From contig CM022667.1 in the NCBI GenBank assembly GCA_012295275.1, positions 1,860,001 through 1,924,000 on the forward strand: a DNA stretch of 64,000 bases, written 5' to 3'. Each line of letters starts with the position of its first letter. Position 1 is the first letter of the stretch. The notes below the pieces were generated by a model. The model was not told the DNA's origin. It made no database searches and saw only the letters and a list, made by a program, of their open reading frames with translations. Shown here one piece after another: positions 1 through 14,100 of this stretch. The stretch is from Chrysomallon squamiferum (lineage: Eukaryota; Animalia; Mollusca). Position numbers and translations under genes: made by a program.

Positions 1-1496
1 TATGTAAATCAATTCTTATCACACTCAACTCCGCTTGTCTGTCAAATGAAGCAGGAAAACCTATCCAGCAAAATATGATGTGTCTTAGCACGCTTAATTA
101 GGTGACATCGGAAAACGTTTTGTGGAAATATGTAGTGTAAGCATATATATATATAGTGTACATATATTCACCTGATAACACGCAATCATACACACACACA
201 CACACACACCATCAACATACACACACACACAACATACACACACACAACACACACACAAACAAATATATGCACACAGACTCGTATCATTGTAGTAGTTGTA
301 CGGTAGGAACAATAGGAGTAGTAATCATAATAGTATTATTAGTAGTAGTAGTAGTAATAGTAGTAGTAGAAGTAGTAGTAGTGGTAATAGTAGTAGTTGT
401 AGTTGTTGTTGTTATTGTAGCAGTGTTTGTGTTTAAAATTCGAAGCTGACAAAATATTACATTTTGATTATTCCCCACTTTCTTATATGTGGAAAGCATT
501 AGATCCTAAACCGGTTTAATATTATTCCAGAATTTATATCACCGTCAGGCAATTAAATAACGTTAAAGAAAAAACAACAGAAGATTTGTTCACCTCTTTT
601 ATCTTCATCGTCGTTATAATGTATACAAAATGTCTGCCTCATGCATTATATGTCAAGCTAAAATTTAAGAGAATTTACAGAAATTGTTTTATTCCTTTCA
701 AACCTGAAGCAGACACCCATTTCATGTTGATAAACTTTTAGGACATATAAATTTACAACAAAAAGCGAATAATAATAATGTTTATACAGTTTTAATACAC
801 AAATTTAACGATGCACTCAGTATTTTTTAGGTTTATGGGTGATTCTATGACGTCATACTATTTTTTAAGAATCAGACTGTTGATGTTGTCATTGACTAGT
901 CTCTTCTTTTTTCTTTTTTTGGTATTAGCAGTAAATAAAGTGTTGTACATACCTTATCGTAGACAGGAACATAAATACCATTTCACTATAGAAATGTACC
1001 TTTCAAGATAAGACATAACCTGAATATATTCTTCACATCTCCTAGTTATGTGTTATTTTTTACTGCTGTTCAGTCATAATTAGTAATGAAGTATAACAAC
1101 AAAAATATGTGAGATCCGTGTATTTTTTGTAGCCGTGACGTCACCTCGTACAGAGAAGTGGGATCAGTCTGCTCTAAAATTTTCCATAGAGAAAAAAAAA
1201 AATAAAGAAAAATAATGAAAAAAAATAAAAATAAAAATAAATAAAAAAATTTAAACAATCTACCAGTACGTCACGTACGCTATTACATCATGACTTTAGT
1301 TTTAACTGGGAAAAATGTCGGGATTAGAAATTTTATAACAGTATTATTTTTAATGCCATTCTTTATTGTCAGCAAAACGGTAACAAAAATTGGTAATATA
1401 ATGAATTGTATTAAACCATTTATTCCTGACGCGAAATATGTGCATTAAACACTTATGAGCAATAGACTGACAAATAAAAAAATAAAAAAATAAATC

Positions 1497-1567
1497 ACTG
1501 TGAGGAGTTGATCCTGTGCCCAAGCATTCCTCAATCCATTTGTTCTAACCTATTACAACTACAACCG
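1497..1567 (-). pseudogene. Degenerate tRNA-like sequence (tRNA pseudogene or tRNA-derived SINE head)
   Basis: The minus strand reads TAGTTGTAATAGGTTAGAAC (A-box/D-arm-like), then AGG-ATCAACT-CCT (T-arm stem with 7-nt loop, one mismatch to the B-box GGTTCRANTCC), then T-runs. The anticodon and acceptor stems are poor. Confidence 0.3.
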
Positions 1568-2174
1568 GAGAAAAAAGATTCTTCGTAACATGGTCCCTGG
1601 CATGTTTATGTCCGCCGTGATTGTTTTCATACAAATACTTCTAAATGAATATAAAACAGATCTCCGCTGACGAATCTTCAGGGATTACGCACAAACTGGG
1701 AACACGAGATCAATTACTGGATTCCTAGCGCTTTAATGACTTCTTTAAGCGCGATCAACTACGTTGTTTTCCCAGCTTGTTTGTAACGTGAAGTGTGTCT
1801 GGTAACGCTTGTCTTTCACGTGGTTTACGTTCTGATGACATTATGAAAGGACCTGAAAGGCAGCTATAGTAACGTAGCTGTTTGAATTGATGCGTCGTGT
1901 CAGCAGTGTGTCTAGTACTTCGTCTTCAAATAAAGTAAAATGTCGAGTGGATGAATACTAGTAGGTTGTTATTTACTGTCTTGTTTTTGAGAATAAAGAA
2001 AAATATTTTTAAGATTAAGGGGGTTTTATTCGATTGTTTGTTTTTTTCAGTTTAAAAAAATAACGTGTTAAGTGTTAAGTGGATAATTACGGTATCATTA
2101 ACAAGCTATATCCTCAGAGAATAAAGAAAAGGCTTACTTTTACAGATTCTTATATATATATATATAAATTATTT

Positions 2175-2239
<65 letters not shown>

Positions 2240-3508
2240 AATAAAAAATATAATTTTAGAAATGTTAATAATCTTGTCTCTGAAAATAAAGAAAAAAATA
2301 GAATTTCCTTCTAGATTTTTTTTTTTAATGAAAGTAAAGATAATTGATATATAAAAAAAATGAAAGAGAATGCTACATAAATGAGCGCGTTGTCATTAAC
2401 AACCTTATCTGTGAGAATAAAGAAAAATGGTGGGGCTGGTTTAAAGATTTTTCTTTTCTTTTTGTTTCTCTTTTTTTTCTATTACTTTTTAATTTTAATT
2501 TTAATTTTATTTTAAATTTAAGAATGATATAATAGATTAAAATTGAATAAAATATGGAAAAGTCAGTAATAATATAATACTAATAACAAACAACAACAAT
2601 AACAATAATAATAATAAATATTCAGTAATAACAAAACAACTGAATTTAAATGAATAAGCAAGCAAATATATAAATAAATCTAGGAACTTCTAGAAGGAAA
2701 AAAACAGCAACTAGAAACAAATAAAAAAAAAAAAAAAAAAAAAAAAAAAACAAGGCGATCTAAATTACTGAATTAAAAAAAATAATAATAAGAATTTAAA
2801 AAAAAGCACAAAAAAACCCCAACAAAAATAAACAAACAACATTGATTTTGGGTTCACTTGCAAATGTTATTATTATTCGCTAATTATCCTGCTTCAGACA
2901 GAAATAAAAAAAAAAAAATTCGTTTCGTTTTTGCTTCATCGATGTCTGACAATTGTCCTATCAAAACATGTTTTAATCGTCAATATGGATATTTGATTAC
3001 GAGGCACGACCGAAAACCCACGAACAAACGCAATAGTCGATTCGTTGCTGAACGGACATTATCGATCCCGGTAGTGTGTTCCGGAAATAAACGAATCAAT
3101 GAATGGCCGTAATTGACTGTTTCCGGATAGACGTGAAAAAGCAGAAACATTTGAACTCATCAAGTCGCCTCTGAATTTAAGTCTTGCTCAGTAAATCGTA
3201 TAATTAATTAACAAGTGTCATTAAAATGAAAAACGTTATTTGTTATGAATATTTAATCAATTGTGATATTAATGAAGAAAATACTTTTAAAGTGTGCTTT
3301 TTGAGGGTTTAATTGTAATAGAGATTTCAACATTTTTATTAGCTAAATTTAATTTTAATGATCTGTATATTAGTAAATGGTATACTCAGAAAGTTATATC
3401 AAGGACTGACAGAATTGTTTAAGGTTATTTCCTCAGAGGAATTTATTTGACATAATTACTGTTCATTTAACCAAGCAAACACGCGCAAATGTAAGACAAA
3501 TACTGTGA

Positions 3509-3600
3509 TGTATGTGTGTGTGTGTGTATGTGTGTTTGTATGTGAGTATGTGTGTGTGTATATGTGTGTGTGTATATGTGTGTATGTGTATGTGTGTGTA

Positions 3601-3650
<50 letters not shown>

Positions 3651-3900
3651 TAGCAAGCAACACTGTTTAAATATTGAAGTTAAACATAATTATTATGCGG
3701 CATTTAGCATTCATTACATAAACATAAAGACACATACACGTACACACATATACACATATGCACAAATATTCACGCACACATATACACACATACGTAAACA
3801 TACACACACAGACACACACACATACATATATAAAAATACATGCAGACGTACACAAGATATACATATGGACACACGTACAAATACAAAAAGCCGCGCACAC
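3509..3900. repeat. (TG)n-type tract followed by a (CA)n-type tract
   Basis: TG/TA-rich run at about 3509-3646, then a degenerate CA-rich run at about 3720-3900. Confidence 0.9.
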
Positions 3901-6218
3901 ATAAACAAATATCATTGTTTTCTTGTTTAGCTGTAACATTATACTATATCTACATATCAATTGTTCAGCCCATCAAACAGATCACGTGACATGATAATTA
4001 CACCTGCAAACCCCAGTCACATTATTTTGTTAATCAAGCGTATTATATATACTATTACTACTCAGTAATCTAAACTAACTGAAGTGCAGGCCACATTACT
4101 CCGAGCACATCAGTCAGACACAGAAAACGAAGCTCGGGTATCAAACCCAACAAATGAACTTTTTGTTTATCTCTTTCGTTGAAACAATAGACTTCGTGGT
4201 TACAGTCAGAATACTAAACCAGATATCTCCGTCATATTTATTAATTATTAAAACGAGATAATGTAATGTTAAAGTCATTACTTTGCATGCCCCATCATTT
4301 CTAAATACTGAATATATATATATATATATACACACACACGGGTGAAAATCGTTAATGAACATTTTTATTTCCGATCCGAATAAATGGTTATTTCGTTAAG
4401 TTGTTTTAAAGAGTACATTTGCTGATATGAAGAACTAGTCGAAATATATTCTGCATACTTAAAAGTTTTGTTTTATTTTAATAAATAAACAAATATATAT
4501 ATATATAAAAAAATATTTATTTATTTATTTTCTTCTGTGATGAAGAAAGGAGCCTTATCATTTGTTTTATTATTTTCTAGTGTTTCGTCTAAAAAAAAAT
4601 CAAAAATCAAAACTTAAATAAATAAATAAATAAATAAAATTAATAAAATAATTTTAAAAAAATAGGCACAGCTATCAATAAGCATAACAAGAAGAAAATA
4701 AACAATAAAAATAAACAAATAAATAAATAAAAGAAAGGGGGAAAAAAGAAGTAGAAACCATCAAAAATATTTAACCTCAATAGAGAGAGAGAAAAAAAAA
4801 TGAATGAATGAATAAATAAATAAATAATTAAATAAAAATAAAAAAATGAAAAATAAATAAATAAATAAATAAAAATATAAATAAATAAATAAATAAATAA
4901 ATAATGTCAAACTAATAAAGTAAATAACAAAAAAAAAAAAAAAACCCAAAACAAAAACAAAAAAACAACCAGGAAATCTTTCAGACTACTAAAAACCGAA
5001 CGAGCTTTTAAAATTAATTTAGAGATAATTAAGATTTATTTATCTTTTAAAAAAAAAAAAAAAAAAAAAAACAACCTCTATCTCCTTTATTGATATCTTT
5101 TACACCCAAACTCACATAAATTCTCATAACTCTACATCGCATCTGTATAACTACGCGTTCCTTTTTAAATTAGAGGACTAACATTAATCGTTTCAAATTT
5201 GCCCCGTTTAAATTTTATTTATTTCTTTTGCCGTTTTACGTTAATGTGAATCGGACTGCCAGATAAATGTCTACACAGAAATGTCTTGTATTTCTTAATA
5301 AAACTTGACATGTTTGAAATGATGAGTTTTTTTTTTTTTTTTTTTGGATTAAAATAGGTTTACCTGGTGTGCAGTGATTTATCGAGTTTATGTTGTGAAG
5401 TGTTTGAATGTGAGAAATTCTAAGTTACGCAGTAACGTCAATGTTTAAATGGATATTCACGTTTTGTTTGGATAGATGTCGTCTTTCATTCCAGTCAAGG
5501 TAATTCAAGATTCGTGATTTTTAAATATAGCAGCAATTTAGTTTCTTATTGATTACTTTTGAAAACAAAAATAATGGATTAACTTTTTGCAAGTCTCGCT
5601 CAGTAAACTATTTTTTTTTTCTCACTTTCCGATTTCAGCAAGTAGTTCACAGATTTGAACTTACAAAAGTTAATCAGTTTATGTAAGTAATTAATACAGA
5701 CACGCATACAGACACGCATACAGACACACACACACACATACATACATACATACATACATAGATACATTATTCGTTTAATTCAGCATTGCTCAACTATAAT
5801 TTTGTATTTTAATATCAGTGTTGTAAGTTCAGCATTCTACGAATGTTTTTTTTGGCTGTTGTTTTGCGTTGGTATATCGTGTTTCAGACGTTTGCAGCCA
5901 GATACTTTGCATAAATAAATTTAAAAAAAAAAAAATAAATTAAATTAAAAAGAAAAAGAACACTTTAAAAGTTTTGGCGGTGACTACATGTGTATTTGTC
6001 TTTGATAAATGACCGCACACTAATTTTTCTTATATGTTTATGTTTCAAAAGTTCAGCCAAGGTCACAGTGTTGGTTTTATGACGTAGTACTTCTAAATCG
6101 TGCCTGTGAAGTACAAATGAATGGAGCAAAAAAAAAAAAAAAAAAATAAAAATATTTTTAAATTCTTTTGTTTTGAGCGATGTATGGTTTCACAACAAAG
6201 TATGTTAATGAAATAATA

Positions 6219-6308
6219 CAGGTTGAGCATCCTTTATCCAAAATGCTTGGGACTGTAATATATTATTATTTCTGCTGCAAGGAAAAAGTTTCCAGTTTCG
6301 AGCATTTC
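6219..6308 (+). mobile_element. Internally deleted pogo/Tigger-type DNA transposon remnant (Tigger4/MER46-like)
   Basis: TA at 6217-6218 is followed by CAGGTTGAGCATCCTTTATCCAAAATGCTTGGGAC. AAAAAGTTTCCAGTTTCGAGCATTTC lies at 6283-6308. Both resemble Tigger4/MER46 terminal and subterminal sequence as I recall it; not database-checked. No intact second TIR. Confidence 0.55.
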
Positions 6309-6404
6309 TCAATCCTCACCGCCTAAAAAGGGTTTGAAGAAAGTCATTAAACTCTTTTACAGACTGAGCAGTGACGTCATCGCATAGATGACGTATAATA
6401 ATTT

Positions 6405-6890
6405 TATAATAGTAGTTTTATTGTAGCAACAGTAGTTGCAGTAGAAGTAGGAGTTGTTTTCATAGTAGTTTTAGCAGTATTAAAGTAGTAGTAGCAGTAG
6501 TACTAGTCCTAGTATCATTATTGTTGTAATAGTAGAGCACTGGTGATGGTGGTGATGTTGTAGTAGCAGTAGCTGGATTAGTACAAGTATTAATAACTGT
6601 GTTAGTAGTAGTCCTTAATAACAGTAATACTAGTAGTAAAATAATACAAGTACAATAATTGTAGTAGTATTAGTAGTAGTAGTAGTAGTAGTAGTACTGT
6701 AATAATAATATTAATCGTGGTAGTCGTAGTAGTAACAGTATTACATCTGTTTCTAACAATAATAGTAAATATAAGTAGCAGCAACAGCAGTATTAATAGT
6801 CGTACTGTTACAATAGTAATAACAGTAGTATTAGTAACAGTAGTAGTAGTAGTAACTGTAGCAGTAGTAGCAGTTGTAACAGCAGTTAAT
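6405..6890. repeat. Degenerate (AGT)n trinucleotide region
   Basis: Long imperfect GTA/GCA/ATA run. Confidence 0.9.
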
Positions 6891-7415
6891 TCGCAGGGAT
6901 CCGCACATTCCTGAAATCGCCCCACACGAAGCTAATTTTTGTGAATAAAGTCCTGATTGTCTCTTGCAGCATTTTCCACTCGAGTGAAAAGAAAAGCACG
7001 TGCGGGAGTACTTTCAGCTCCCAAAGCACAGCTACTTTGCAGTTTGTCGATATGGATCGTTCCATTGCAGCCGCGCCATTAACTAATGATCGTGAAAAAA
7101 AAAAAAAAGGAGAACATGCTATCCGCCATTTATCTTTTATCTCCCACTCAAGCGTCTTCCATTTCAGATGATCTCAGTAACTCGAGTTTATTTCTGAAAT
7201 AAACGAAAATGCTTTCGACTCTCTGACTTTGCACATTCGTTTTGCGATGACCTTTGTTGAAGTCGTTCTCCAAAGTTTTACGTAAAGAATCACGAATGCT
7301 CGATTGAAGCGAATTTGAGATGTCTTAAAAAGAAAATCGAGAGGGTTATTTTTTTTTAGGAGCATAAAGTTTTTATCTGTAGCTACGATACATGTTAATT
7401 TGAATATTTTTGTAG

Positions 7416-7451
<36 letters not shown>

Positions 7452-7667
7452 AAATCAATAAATCAATAGACATGCATGTATATGGATAGATAGATGAATA
7501 AATACATGAAATGCTATGAAGTGAAATTAACGAATTAATTGTAACAAAATAATATTAAGAATAAACAAATAAATAACTAACGAACCAAGCAAACAAACAA
7601 GAAAAAAAAAAAGAATATATATATAATTACCATACACTATATGTAACAAAACAGTAAATTATATATT

Positions 7668-7698
<31 letters not shown>

Positions 7699-8444
7699 TT
7701 TTTTTTGTTACTGGCCTTGGTGTCTCTCCTAATTACGTACGCGATTACGTTTATGTTTGTTTTTATTCCAGTGTATACGTAGTGATAAACACATGTTGAC
7801 ATATCTGTAAGTTATCTGTTTGTCCGTATTCAGTATGCAGCTAACAAAGAGTTTCTAATATTGGCAGTGAAAATTCTGCGCATACTTCTCTCGTATTCAA
7901 GTGTGGTTAGGTGTCATTTGCTTCGTTCACAAATCAGCGTGACTATTCTCTGTGATAACAGTGTAATCCAGTGTAACAGCTTTTGCTTGAAAGAAAAAAA
8001 GAAGAAGAAATAAAAGAAAAAAAAAAAAGAAAGAAAGAAAGAAAAAAATGTATTAGAATCCGAAACACATTATTATCGTATTCGTTATGACGTCAACAAT
8101 TACGTGACGTGATAATAATTGTTGCTTGACGCAATGGAGGAATTAGGGATATGAATCCAAACTTCGATCGTTTTTTTGTTTGTTTATTGTTTTTTTTACA
8201 GTATCAGCTGATGGATAATCTGTTATCAACATAGCAAAACATGGTAAATTTTATTTATTTATTTATTACTCAATTATTGTTAAATTCAATTATTATTAAA
8301 TATATTATTACATTTAGTGTAATCATAAAATAATCATTTTTATAGCTTTGTTATAGTAAATCTGTGTTAAGTGGAGAAAGAACAATTTAATTTTGTGTTA
8401 CACACATAGGTATTTTTTTCTAATTCTTTTATTTATATATACAC

Positions 8445-8549
<105 letters not shown>

Positions 8550-11500
8550 TTGTGTGTGAGGATGTGTGTGTATCTCCCATCCCTGTATACCCGCTGACAG
8601 CCTCATTTGACAAATACGTGTCCAAAAACGTTAAGAATTAAACGTCTGTTTTCAAAGTAACATTATATTAACTGTAACATTATGCAGTCAGTATAAAATT
8701 CTTAAACCATAGATAAATAATTCTAAAACTGCAAATATAGCTGCCCTGTTAATGTCTAGAGCTGCTTCAAAAATCAGCCTGTAAAAGTTACTTAAAATTG
8801 TTAACTAACGAAGCGAGACCTGGCTACTAACGTGTGTATTATATTTAGAATATAAAATTAATCGTAAACCTTACGCATATAATGCAGAGAGTGTCATTAT
8901 AAAAATATTTTATGGTTATGATTAAACATAGTAAGTAATAAAAGTATTAATTACTAGACACTTGCATACAGTTAAATATATTACCAGTAAACGTTAAATA
9001 TTTTATAAGTTCTGTAGAGATTTATAAGTTCGGAGTATCTCTAGAGAGATAAATAAATGGATAAGTACGTTCTGCATGGTGTCAGATTTCGTTTTATTTG
9101 GTGTCTGGTGGAGAGATGATTGTCTATGTTTTTTTCTGTATACTTCTAAACGTTTCGTTTTCTTTGTTGCTTTTCCCGTATAGTATTTATCAACAACGAA
9201 GTAAACAAATAAACAAACAAACAGACAAATAAACCCTCCAAAAACAAAGAAACAAACAGACAAACAAACAGACAAATAAAACAAACAAACAAACAAAAAC
9301 CCAGTGTTTCTATAATCGTTCATGCTGTTCGTTCATTTAATACGGCTACAGCTTTTATGAGTGCCGATGATAAAATAATAATTTAGTATTTTGTTACACA
9401 TTTCCTTTCGCATGTGTGTGTGTGTTAGTGCGTGTGTGTGCGTGTATCTATGGTGTGTTATGTAATATAATATAAAGAAAATAATTACAGAAGCAAATAA
9501 AACTGATAACAATTTTCTTTTTATTAGACCACTTTAATGAACGATTCATAATCAGAAAATATTCTCCTATTTGTTTTCTTGTTTTCTCCCCCCCGAGAAT
9601 TTTGACGTCATCACAATCATGTTCGACAACTGTTAGGAACAATACTAGTATTATGCCTTTGGAGTTGCCCCCCTTGTATTAATACTCTTTAATCCCAGGG
9701 CGAGCGAATGAAAGCATTCTAATCAGTGGTGAATACGTAAATCGAAAAATGAATCCCAAAGGCAAATATAATCGAAATGTTTATGTGCCTGCTATTTGAC
9801 TACAGACATAATTTAATGCTGATAAGGTCACATATTTGCAGTGTACAATTATATATTAATTCGTACGCATCATCCAAATGAAATATAATGGTTCAAAAAT
9901 TACTTCTAGGTGGGTGGGGTTTTTTTCGGGGGTGGTGAACATTTTGAAAAGTCATATTACTTTCTGTCAACAATATTTCAGGATTATTTGGTATCCGATG
10001 TGCATATTAGGTTATTATTATTATTTCTTTTTTGCTTGTGCATGAGTTTGTGTATGAGTGTGTCTATACGTGTGTGCGTGCGTGTATGTGTTTGGTTACT
10101 GATAAGACTTTTACAAATTAGAATTTCTGACATTTTAGGTTTTGTCATACAGGAATCAGTGAATTTAAATGTCTCTTTTCATTTCATCTAGTTTTTGTAT
10201 CATTTATATCATGTTATCAGTGTACCTTTCAGTGACGTCATTTTTTCCTTCAGATTAGCAGCAAATAATCTTTTATAAAATACCTCCCCATAAACCTAAT
10301 ATTTATTATTTTATGCTTGATTGCGTAATTACGTCATAACTAAAGGGGAATAAGTTAGACCACGCTGGAGTTTCAATGTAAATAAAGAAAACTATGAAAC
10401 ATTTAGAAAAATGTTTTTAATTTGTAATCAGGTACACATGTGTACATATTTAACAAGATGGAGAGAAATTGAAACCGAAATATGTGACGGAATTAAAAAT
10501 ATTTTTAATTATGTAAATAGAGATAATATTATAGCTTTATATCAAAAAGAACAGAAAACGAAATTATAGGGAGTAATAAATAAAAAAAAAATTTAAATTC
10601 TGTAATTAGAATAATTATATATTTATATCAACGTGAATAAAAAGCAAGATTATCACGCCTATAAGAATTAAACTTTTAAATATTATTTTATTTTTTTGTT
10701 TTTAATTTTAATTTTTATAAATATTTAATCAGTTAAAATTAATAATTAATTTAGCATTGTTATTTTTGCATAAGCGTTTTCATATGAAACAACCTAGTTT
10801 TGCTATATTTTTGTTACTTTACAACAAAACTCCGTTTATTAACGGTTTATCTTTTTTTTGTGTGTGTGTTTTGGCACCTCTGTATTTACGCTGATAGCTA
10901 AAACAGGAAACATTTATTTTCACATTTTTCACACAAGAACTAATTACATTTTTTTTCTCCACGGGGGGTAACTGAGTGAATGTAGCGCGTAACCTTATTA
11001 ACTGAACCAAAATTTGGTCCGTTAAAATTTCAAAACGTTTTTAGAATTTCTATAGACTGACTTTTTTTTTCTTCTTCTTCTTCTTCCTCTTTTTATATTT
11101 TTTCTTGTTTAACTATATTGATTTATTTTTACATTTAGTTTCAAAAATATTTAAAAAAAAAAAAATAAAATGAAAAAAAAAAAAAAATAAAATAATAATA
11201 AAAACAAGAAGAAATCGCATTCATCAAAGTGCCCGATTTCATGCATATCGCGTTTAACCAACGAAGGCGAAACCAATCGATAAAAAAACTAATTGCGAGC
11301 AGTCCGCTACTTTTTTACCCGGCACTCTAGGAGTTACGTCAGTGAAGCAGTTTAAATAATCGTGATGTATTGGAGTTTTCTTTTAAAAAGATTTCTTTTT
11401 TTTTTTTTTTTTTTTTGAGGGGCGGACTCTTTGGGAACAATAAATCAGCCCTTAAATACCTTCATTTGAAAGATATGTTGTTCTTATGGGTGAGTAAAAA

Positions 11501-11885
11501 AAAAAAAGATTGAAATATATCCGAGATATTAAATGTTGAGATATATTTTCTTTTTCTGGTCTTATAAGTACGGTTAATGTCATTTTAACGCCTTCGGAGT
11601 CTTCTGGTAGTTTCTCGTGCAGTGATGGTAAGTTATTTATCTCTCCACAAACACCCACTGGGATCCAGCTAAAGCCGCGTTCACAGGAACGAACTGCTGT
11701 TAACGATTTAGGTTTTCGAATACTGTAGGAACCTCGAAATACAGTTCGAAACAAAATGGAAAAATTAAAACAAAATGTAATTAAATTAGATTAATGATTA
11801 ATTTAACGAAAGAAGAAGGAAATAAAACGAATAAATAGAAATAATAAAAGCAGGATATTTTAATAAAAAAGATGATGATGATGAT

Positions 11886-11952
<67 letters not shown>

Positions 11953-12594
11953 TAACAATAACAACAAAACAACAAATTATAATAACAATAAATAAATAAA
12001 TAAACAAACAAATAAATAAATAAGAAAAACTTTTAAATCGTTATCGGAAACCTCTCAACTTTCCAGTCACGGATACCGAAGGTTATCCGACATCGCGCAG
12101 TATGTCGCGCGCCATTAAGGGGCGCTGATTGAATTTTTGAGGTTTTATGTGGAGACTGGCAGTGAGAATGTCGGCGCTCATCAAAGTAAGAGATTCTCCT
12201 CCTAAACAAAGACGTCGTCGTCACCGTCAAACCAGACACACGGGAATTCAATCCGCCATTACTTCGCGAATCTCGCTTAACACTGGAATACCCTGCCTCT
12301 GTGTTTTACAGCTCGCCCGGGACGTGGGAGGCTGCAGGATCTAATCTTCCGTGGTCCTCGCTCCCTCTTTGCCTTTCTTTTCCTCACCGCTCAGGCCAGT
12401 TCTCATTGACTGGTTGGTTGTTTAAACGCTGCTGGTGATAAAGCAGGTTTCAAAGATCTCTTGTTGGTAATAAGTAAAATAACTCTTGCTGTGGTGATGG
12501 AGGGTTTCCTGCGTCTTTTTTATTATACAAATACAAATATTATTATTATTATTGACGTTAATATATATATATATTAAACATTTTTGGTTAAGAA

Positions 12595-12890
12595 TTCATT
12601 CATTCGTCGATTAGTCCATCCATTTATCCTTTCATTCCATCTTTTATCTTTTCTTGATTCATTCATCCATCCATGCTATTGCTCATTCATTCCATTTTCG
12701 TTCATTCATTCTTTCATTCATTCATTCATTCATCATCCATCCAGGCGTTCTTTCGTTATTTCAGCGATTGATTCGTTTTATCTTTTATTCATTCGTTCAT
12801 TCACTCTTATATTCATTCATTCATTCATTCGCTTTCTTGCATTCGTTCGTTCATTCAGTTATTCTGTCAATATTCGTTTATTCATTATCG
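12595..12890. repeat. Degenerate (ATTC)n tetranucleotide region
   Basis: Recurrent TTCA/TTCG/TCCA units; explains ORFs 12584..13012 and 12654..12899. Confidence 0.85.
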
Positions 12891-14059
12891 AATCTTTAAC
12901 GCTCTTTATCGTGTCAAATTTTTACGAAATAAGAGCAAAAATTACTGGTCTCTCGCCTAATTTAGATGTTTTAATGTCACGTTGTCAGATAATCACACAG
13001 TTGTTTAGATGAAGGACCTTTTGTGTATTAGCAACACTTCATCACTCGACATCATTTCCTACTCTCACAATGTAATATTTATCATCAGGACATACTCATA
13101 ATTCTTTAACATTGATTTTTAATTTTTAATTTTTTTTTTTTTTTTTTTTTTGATTCGAGAGATTTGATAATTCTGACAGCAGGTGTTTTTTTTGGTTCAT
13201 CTTTTTTATTTTTTATTTTATTTTTTTTTTTGTTAAAATATTACGTTAAATTTTCCGCCTTTCTCACAAGATCGATGTTTTTCATTCATTCATTAAATTT
13301 CTTTAATTATTTAGCTCCTTTGTTGCTTCGCACTTTAGCAGTTTAGTATTACATGGTATATTAACAGTTTCATGTCTTTAGTTAAGAAAAACAACAAAAA
13401 CAAACAAACAAACAGACATATAAACCAACAGTAAATAAATAAATAAATAAATACATAAACAAATAAATAAATAAATAAAAATTAATCAAAATAAAGAAAA
13501 GAAATGAAAAAAAACCCCAGAATGCAATAGTTCTTTCCAATTACAAGATTCCAGTATAATTTACGTCAGTTCATAAAAACATGTTATATATATATAAGTG
13601 GGATAACACATTATTTTTTTTTTTTTTTTTTTCGTCATTTACCAATATAATCTGACGTCACATTTAACTGTCAGATCTGTGACAGCGGTTGTTTGTGCAC
13701 TTTATCGGGTATTGTTACATCCGTCATCATCTCTTCTCGCATAAAGTGTATTAAAATTTTTTTTATGACTGATCTTTCTGACGTATTTCCGCTTCCTCAG
13801 AATTTACCACAATGCTCTGTCAGGGACCAAACAGAAAAAAAAAAAAAAAAAAAAAAAATTATAAAGAAAGAATTTGGTAAACAGCCAAATCTAAACTGAT
13901 TTCTTAGAAAACAAGAAAAACGGTTTCGAGAATCCGGTGCCAACCTTTCATTAACCTTGTGTCGGTTCTTCGGTTTCGCCGACTTTACAAGACTTTTTGT
14001 TGTCGGCTTTGTAAATTGTGTTTCTTGTTTGTTCGCATCGCATGATTGGATTTTGTTTC

Positions 14060-14100
<41 letters not shown>

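Noticed and set aside
9909-9936. G-quadruplex
   Set aside because: Only three runs of three or more G; the fourth run is GG.
11670-11750. Harbinger-like end TAAAGCCGCGTTCACA and a Tigger-like word nearby
   Set aside because: No partner inverted repeat or target-site duplication seen, and the match is too short.
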